Source of the DNA: Desulfatiglandales bacterium
Lineage (GTDB): Bacteria > Desulfobacterota > DSM-4660 > Desulfatiglandales > HGW-15
Assembly (NCBI GenBank): GCA_963667015.2
Contig: CAXXJJ010000001.1
Span: forward strand, 608,001-672,000
DNA: 64,000 nt
Direction: 5' to 3'
The notes under the pieces are model-generated. The model saw only the letters and a program-made list of their open reading frames with translations, was not told the DNA's origin and searched no databases. Below, piece by piece: positions 58,457-64,000 of this stretch. The first letter of the stretch is position 1. Each line of letters begins with the position of its first letter. The translations under genes and the position numbers were made by a program.

Positions 58457-60262
58457 ATGCCCCAGAAGACAATTCCCGAAAGAAAAAATATCCCGGAAAA
58501 CCACAGGTGGGATCTTTCTCCCATGTTCATTTCAGATGAGGAATGGGATTCGCTTTACAGTGAAATTGAAAAGAAACTGCCGGAATACGAAACATATCGA
58601 GGCAGACTGGGAGAATCCGCAAAGTTCCTTTCAGGGGCAATAGAATTCAGTCTTGAGACGGGCAGAGATATTGAGAAACTGTATGTATATGCACATTTAA
58701 GAAGTGATGAGGATAAATCAAATCAGAAGTATCTCGGGATGTATCAGAGAGCAATTAGCCTTTATACTCAGGCCGCAGAGCTGGCAAGTTTTTTTACTCC
58801 TGAGATCCAGAAGATTGATGATGACAGGATGAAGGCATTCCTTGACGAAGAGAGCCTCAGAGAATACAGGTTCTATCTCGAAAAGATACTCAGGTACAAA
58901 CCCCATACACATGATGAAAAAATAGAACAGATACTGGCAATGAGCCAGGATTTTGCCCAGGGAGCATCGCAGGTATTTAGCCAGCTTGACAATGTGGACC
59001 TGAAATTCGGTGATATCACGGATGAAGCCGGCGGCTCTATTGAGCTCTCCCATGGCAATTTTTCTACATTTTTAATAAATCCCGACCGGGAAATAAGAAA
59101 AAAGGCATTTCATCAGTATTACAGAGAATATAAAGATCACGAAAACACAATAGCCTCCACCCTTTCATACAGTAATAAAAAGGATATCTTTTATTCTCGG
59201 GTACGGAATTTTGAGTCAGCCAGATCAGCAGCCCTTTTCTCTGATGATGTTCCGAAAGATGTATATGATAACCTTATCTCCACAGTTCATGATAACCTTG
59301 ATCCGCTGTTTGACTATTTCCGGTTCCGCAAAGAAATGCTTGGACTGGATGAACTGCATTTTTATGACACATATGTTCCAATCGTGCCGGATATAAAATT
59401 CAGCATGCCCTATGAAGATGCCGTTGATGTATGTGTCAGGGCGCTTGCTCCTCTTGGAGATGATTACACCAATATATTGAAAAAAGGGCTTATGGGCGGA
59501 TGGGTTGACCGCTATGAAAACAGGGGAAAGAGAAGCGGCGCATATTCCTCCGGGTGTTATGATTCACCGCCTTATATCCTTATGAATTATGAAGACAAAA
59601 ATATAAACAGCCTTTATACCCTGATACATGAGGCCGGTCATTCCATGCATTCATTTCTATCCATAAAAAATCAGCCATATGTAGATTATGAATACACGAT
59701 TTTTGTGGCAGAGGTTGCATCCACATTGAATGAAACCCTTTTAAGCGGATATCTCCTTGACCTTTATAAGGATGATCCAGCCATGAAGGCCTATGTACTT
59801 AACCGTGAAGTGGATAACTTCAGGGCAACACTTTACAGGCAGACAATGTTTGCGGAGTTTGAGAAGGTGGCCCATGCCATGCTTGAACAGAACCAGCCAC
59901 TTACCCTTGAGGTAATAAAGGCTGAATACCGGAAACTTCTTGATATATATTTCGGTGATATAATGGTTATCGACCCTGACCTGGAACTCGAGTGCCTTAG
60001 AATACCGCATTTTTATTCTGCCTTCTATGTGTACAAGTATGCAACCGGTCTTTCTGCGGCAATAGCACTTGCAGACATGGTGGTAAAGGGCGGCGAAAAG
60101 GCGAGGGTCTCATATTTGAATTTTCTAAAACTCGGAGGATCAAAATTCCCCCTTGATGAACTTATGGAGGCGGGAGTGGATATGAGGACTCCGGACCCGG
60201 TCAAAAAGGCGATAGCCCATTTTGAAAAAAGGGCAGGTCAATTAAAAGAAGAGATTGGTTAA
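58457..60262 (+). CDS. pepF: oligoendopeptidase F
   Basis: KRSGAYS, HEAGHSMH, AEVAST, RIPHFY..FYVYKYATG. Confidence 0.95.
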   Translation: MPQKTIPERKNIPENHRWDLSPMFISDEEWDSLYSEIEKKLPEYETYRGRLGESAKFLSGAIEFSLETGRDIEKLYVYAHLRSDEDKSNQKYLGMYQRAISLYTQAAELASFFTPEIQKIDDDRMKAFLDEESLREYRFYLEKILRYKPHTHDEKIEQILAMSQDFAQGASQVFSQLDNVDLKFGDITDEAGGSIELSHGNFSTFLINPDREIRKKAFHQYYREYKDHENTIASTLSYSNKKDIFYSRVRNFESARSAALFSDDVPKDVYDNLISTVHDNLDPLFDYFRFRKEMLGLDELHFYDTYVPIVPDIKFSMPYEDAVDVCVRALAPLGDDYTNILKKGLMGGWVDRYENRGKRSGAYSSGCYDSPPYILMNYEDKNINSLYTLIHEAGHSMHSFLSIKNQPYVDYEYTIFVAEVASTLNETLLSGYLLDLYKDDPAMKAYVLNREVDNFRATLYRQTMFAEFEKVAHAMLEQNQPLTLEVIKAEYRKLLDIYFGDIMVIDPDLELECLRIPHFYSAFYVYKYATGLSAAIALADMVVKGGEKARVSYLNFLKLGGSKFPLDELMEAGVDMRTPDPVKKAIAHFEKRAGQLKEEIG

Positions 60263-60295
60263 CTATATAGATAATAGAAAGAGAGAGGAATTAAA

Positions 60296-61258
60296 ATGCA
60301 CAAGTCCAGTTTTGATAAATTTGCAGTAAGGACACCGGGAAGAGAGGCCTTTCCCGGAGTAAAGGGCCGCCAGTCGCCAACCATGACATTGATGAGCAGT
60401 GAAATTGTACCTGAGTGCCCGTATTATATTGAGGTTGGGTGGATCACTGATGTGCCTGAACCTCACATATTTGAGCACAGAATCGATTATGACAGGATAA
60501 TACTGCTCTGGAGCGGGGACTATAAAAAGCCTCAGGACCTTGGCGGCACGGTAGAACTTTATATAGGCGGCCAGAAGATTATTCCGCTCACTACAACAAC
60601 AGGTATGTATATTCCCAAGGGGACATCCATCGGCCCCATAACATGGAAGGAGTTCAGACACCCCCATGTAATGATGAATTTTATCCTGGGTTCAGGTGAT
60701 CCCAATGTCTGGGCAAAAAACAGTGATGTAACTTCGCCTAAGGATAGTCTTCCGGTCAAAAAAGAAGGTGATAATTTTGATTATGAGCAGTATGTAATAA
60801 GGAGTCCCATGAGACAGGCCGGTATGCCGGCCCACGCGCCGCACCGCCAGCAGCCAACAATGACATATATGAGCAGGGACCAAATCACCATTGCAAATAC
60901 ATATATTGAGTTTGGGTGGTGCTGGGATATTGTTAAACCTGACCTTCCGAGGATGGTTCATAATAATTTTGATGAGATAGTCCTTCATGTGGGATGTGAC
61001 CCTGATAACCCCGAAGATCTGGGTGCAACAATAGATTTTGGTATGGGAGATGAATATGTCAGGTCAAGCAGCACCTTTGGAGTGTGGGTGCCAAAGGAAC
61101 TGAAACACGGCCCCCTGGTATGGAGAGAATACAGGAAGCCCCATATTGAAATGGCAATAATGCTCGGTGCAGGAACCGTAAAGGAAGGGTGGGCGGACAG
61201 CTTTTTCAGTAAAGATGCGGCGGATAATCCCCCATTGCCGGTCTTTCCTGAAGAGTAA
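60296..61258 (+). CDS. tandem (bi)cupin-like hypothetical protein
   Basis: internal repeat RQ.PTMT.MS...YIE.GW...P.DLG.T......G...PK....GP..W.E.R.PH. Confidence 0.75.
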   Translation: MHKSSFDKFAVRTPGREAFPGVKGRQSPTMTLMSSEIVPECPYYIEVGWITDVPEPHIFEHRIDYDRIILLWSGDYKKPQDLGGTVELYIGGQKIIPLTTTTGMYIPKGTSIGPITWKEFRHPHVMMNFILGSGDPNVWAKNSDVTSPKDSLPVKKEGDNFDYEQYVIRSPMRQAGMPAHAPHRQQPTMTYMSRDQITIANTYIEFGWCWDIVKPDLPRMVHNNFDEIVLHVGCDPDNPEDLGATIDFGMGDEYVRSSSTFGVWVPKELKHGPLVWREYRKPHIEMAIMLGAGTVKEGWADSFFSKDAADNPPLPVFPEE

Positions 61259-61380
61259 AAAAATAATAGAGAAAACAGGAAAGAGTATATAGGAAAAATA
61301 GAGATGACAGACGCCGGAGATTATGTCTGATACCTCCTTCTATTTCCTCTTTACTAATTCCTGTTTTCTGACCTCAATCC

Positions 61381-62775
61381 CTAAAAGGCGGCAATTAACT
61401 GCCATCTTATAAAATATGTGAGATCCCTTGAATTCCTTCCATAGTAATTCCCAGGATTGAACAGCTCCGTGAGAAAATCTGTCGAGATATTTTTACTGAA
61501 ATTGTATTTTATACAGTTTGTCAGTAAATGCCCCCTTACCTTTCCTGTCTCAGAAAATTCAAGGCCATCAGAAGGCCCTGTGGCAACCGGCATATTATTC
61601 TCATCTGCAAGCAGGAAGTGATAATCAGTATCAATTTGCCATTTTTTAGCAGGCCTGAAGGAGTGCCCTATATTGAATCTGCTGAAGTTTGTTATGTCCC
61701 CAAGCGATGTCTCGGAGGTATACACATAAAGATTCAGGGTCGACCATCGGGCCCATTTTCCCCAGAGCGGATCGAACTGTTCATTGTCTGCAGTATCGGG
61801 ATCATCCCCTGACAAATGCTCAAATAAAAAATGTATTTTATTGGAATAGCTGTCATTGAAGGATCTGCAGATACGCGAGATAATGCCCCATGCCTTCAGG
61901 TTATCCATTTGACCGGTTTCCTTGTTTTCCTTATCGCCGGTCTGCAAAGCTCCTTCGACACGAAAGTCCCATCTGTCATTAATTCTTTCCTCAACCACCC
62001 CTCCAATAGTGAATATCCCGGCCTTTTTACTTGCAGCGGGGATTATTTCCCTGTCAACAGGGTTGTCGTTTTTATATATTGTATAGGCCTCCAGGCTGCT
62101 TTTATCATCAGGTCTGTTAGTCAGGTAGAAAATAAATCCGCGTTCTTCTGCAGGCATCAGGTCCCTGTGTTCATCTTTAATCGGATTGATCCAGCGGTCG
62201 GCTTCCGGTTTCTGATCTATATATATTAAGTCAAGAGTGGTCCTGCCTGCCTGAAGGCTGAAGGTAAATCTTGCCGCATCAAAAAACAGGGTCCTTGAGG
62301 CGTCGTAGGGGGTGCCTTCAAATATCAGCCATCCTTTACTGATGGTAATATCCTGTCTTCCTATTGTTGCCTTTAGCGGTAAATCAAAGGGATTCATAAA
62401 AGTAAAACTGAACTTATCAAACAGTATTTCATTTTTATCTGCATAATTGCCGGGTTTTTGCCAGTCAAACAGCTCCCAGACCAGTCTTGCGTCAAAATCA
62501 ATATCATGCCGAAGATTAAGGCCGGTCCATATCCTGGCCCTGTAACGGTTATATTGCCAGTTATTGTTTAATTTATTATTGCTAAGGGCCGGTAAATTTT
62601 CGGCTGAAGCGACTCTAAGCCTGAGATCCGCCCCGTTATGCATCCATGAAAAAGGGGTATGTAAGTAATCAGATAATGTTTTTTCGTTGCTTGACTGATT
62701 TTCTTCGGATAGCGCTGTTAGGGGAGAACAAATGAGAAATATAAATACAGTAAATAAAATAAAACACTTTTTCAT
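61381..62775 (-). CDS. alginate-export-family outer membrane beta-barrel
   Basis: signal peptide, IGRQDI, FDAARF, LSGDDP.T....FDPLW, C-terminal Phe. Confidence 0.8.
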   Translation of the reverse strand: MKKCFILFTVFIFLICSPLTALSEENQSSNEKTLSDYLHTPFSWMHNGADLRLRVASAENLPALSNNKLNNNWQYNRYRARIWTGLNLRHDIDFDARLVWELFDWQKPGNYADKNEILFDKFSFTFMNPFDLPLKATIGRQDITISKGWLIFEGTPYDASRTLFFDAARFTFSLQAGRTTLDLIYIDQKPEADRWINPIKDEHRDLMPAEERGFIFYLTNRPDDKSSLEAYTIYKNDNPVDREIIPAASKKAGIFTIGGVVEERINDRWDFRVEGALQTGDKENKETGQMDNLKAWGIISRICRSFNDSYSNKIHFLFEHLSGDDPDTADNEQFDPLWGKWARWSTLNLYVYTSETSLGDITNFSRFNIGHSFRPAKKWQIDTDYHFLLADENNMPVATGPSDGLEFSETGKVRGHLLTNCIKYNFSKNISTDFLTELFNPGNYYGRNSRDLTYFIRWQLIAAF

Positions 62776-63006
62776 AAAAAATCCTTTTGAGGCCGCAGTA
62801 ATAGGGCCTCTTGAATAATAAGAGTAAAAATAATACGGGATAAGATTAAAAGAAATTTTATGGAGTAAAGCCGGTTAGAGTTTCATGGGTTTTATTGCCA
62901 GTGAAACTGAGGAGGTATTTACTTTAGATAATGCCCCTGTATGCAAACAATGATGCGAGTAACCTGTAATCCAAACACAAATATTCTTCCCGTTAAATCT
63001 GTAAAA

Positions 63007-63051
63007 AAACTTAACACTCTATTCAAAATAATTGAATAGAGTGTTAAGTTT
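63007..63051 (-). terminator. 20-bp perfect hairpin, probable terminator of the rhodanese gene
   Basis: AAACTTAACACTCTATTCAA-AATAA-TTGAATAGAGTGTTAAGTTT; T tract on the minus strand. Confidence 0.7.
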
Positions 63052-63099
63052 GGTGATTAATACTATAATCCGGCAGGCATGTCTATTCGATTTTAATCG

Positions 63100-63471
63100 C
63101 TATCTGCCTGTATTTGATGGGTTTAGTTTTTCCTGTGCTGCCTTGAGTTCATTGAATTTCCCGGCATTGATTACATTTGAATAGCCCATTTCTTTTAGTT
63201 TTCTTTCGGCTGCGCCCGCCCTCTTTCCGCTGTGGCAATAAAGAACAATAGTCTGTTCCTTGTCAGGGACCAGTTTTTCTATTTCTGCTTTGACCCGTTC
63301 ATATGGGATATTAACCGCATTTTTCAGATGCCCTGCCTTATATTCTGAAGGTGTTCTTACATCAATCAGGACATTTTCCCTGGAAAATATTTTTTCGTAA
63401 TCATTTGCATTGACCTGTCCGCAGACAGTGACAAAAAAAGATAACAGCAGCAGTGTAATCAGTTTTTTCAT
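63100..63471 (-). CDS. exported single-domain rhodanese (PspE-like)
   Basis: IDVRTPSEY..GH..A.NIP, LYCHSGKRA. Confidence 0.9.
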   Translation of the reverse strand: MKKLITLLLLSFFVTVCGQVNANDYEKIFSRENVLIDVRTPSEYKAGHLKNAVNIPYERVKAEIEKLVPDKEQTIVLYCHSGKRAGAAERKLKEMGYSNVINAGKFNELKAAQEKLNPSNTGR

Positions 63472-63673
63472 AGAGGACCTCTTTCATGATTTATTTATTG
63501 ATTGTCAGCTTAGAATTTTGCATTGGCGTTGTAAAACGCTACTATAAATTTATGACTAAAATTAATAGTATTCCAATATTTTTGTGTCCAATAAAATTGT
63601 TCTTTTTTGACTGAAAAGTCAAATAATCTATCTCTTTTTAGGGAAGAAAATTTCTATAACGGGAAAAATTAAG

Positions 63674-63718
63674 TTGACATATGGAATATTTTAAATAGGA
63701 TAAATAACATCCTATTTA
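63674..63718 (+). promoter_or_regulatory. promoter with overlapping 10-7-10 palindromic operator
   Basis: TTGACA at 63674; TAAATAGGAT-N7-ATCCTATTTA at 63692-63718. Confidence 0.7.
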
Positions 63719-63735
63719 TCCTAAAAGGTTGGTCG

Positions 63736-64000
63736 ATGAGAATAACAAGAGCTGGAGAATATGCTGTAAGGTGTGTCCTGTACATGGCAGGAAGAGAAAA
63801 AAATCAGGTAGTAAGCCGAAAAGATGTTTCCAGGGAGATGGATATACCGGATCAGTTTCTTGGCAAAATAGCCCAGCAGCTTGCCCGGTCGGGTTTTATG
63901 GAAATTATCCAGGGGGCAAAAGGCGGATACCGTCTGCTTCTGAATCCCGAAAAAATAACACTCCTGGATGTGGTTGAGGCTGTTTCAGGTGAAATTTTTT
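63736..64000 (+). CDS. Rrf2-family transcriptional regulator (runs off the window; absent from the ORF track)
   Basis: MRITRAGEYAVRCVLYMA...IPDQFLGKIAQQLARSG...GAKGGYRL...ITLLDVVEAV. Confidence 0.9.
   Translation, partial: MRITRAGEYAVRCVLYMAGREKNQVVSRKDVSREMDIPDQFLGKIAQQLARSGFMEIIQGAKGGYRLLLNPEKITLLDVVEAVSGEIF

Noticed and set aside
208..62229. the many short antisense or off-frame ORFs in the track (e.g. 52207-52848, 15703-16395, 41319-41759)
   Set aside because: They overlap well-supported genes and show no motifs or ribosome-binding sites.
61381..62775. alginate biosynthesis
   Set aside because: Only the porin-family gene is present, and that family is broad.
63729..63977. 82-aa ORF listed in the track
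   Set aside because: It is an off-frame shadow of the Rrf2 gene that starts at 63736.

Overview
Chromosomal window that looks like an anaerobic Desulfobacterota (delta-proteobacterium); this is inferred from gene content and order, not from a search. The backbone is housekeeping: larC-pgpA-cinA-thpR-recA-alaS, bamD-trxA-trxB, mobA, orn, rnb, an M24 peptidase, xerD, ppiD, purB and pepF, plus several signalling genes and sigma-54 promoters. The accessory core (about 35.6-46.3 kb) is anchored on tRNA-fMet, whose 3' half recurs twice downstream with no integrase in between. It holds two PEP-CTERM genes with a shared sigma-54/enhancer layout, a hipA with an in-frame deletion, a frameshifted hicB, an intact AbiE toxin-antitoxin pair, a group II intron fragment, an MCP fragment and a pair of cupin-like proteins with four-cysteine tails. 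Three copies of a 22-25 bp motif (CGGGGT-N3-CCCTTGACATT(T)GA) bound an orphan cassette, and two of them sit where sequences are cut. Outside the island, the notable items are a Csd6/Csd4-like peptidoglycan-trimming operon, a 1567-aa orphan with degenerate HD-like segments, a Cys-rich plus nucleotidyltransferase-like gene pair, and a HisD homolog with altered metal ligands. All product calls come from motif recognition by eye; no database searches were run.
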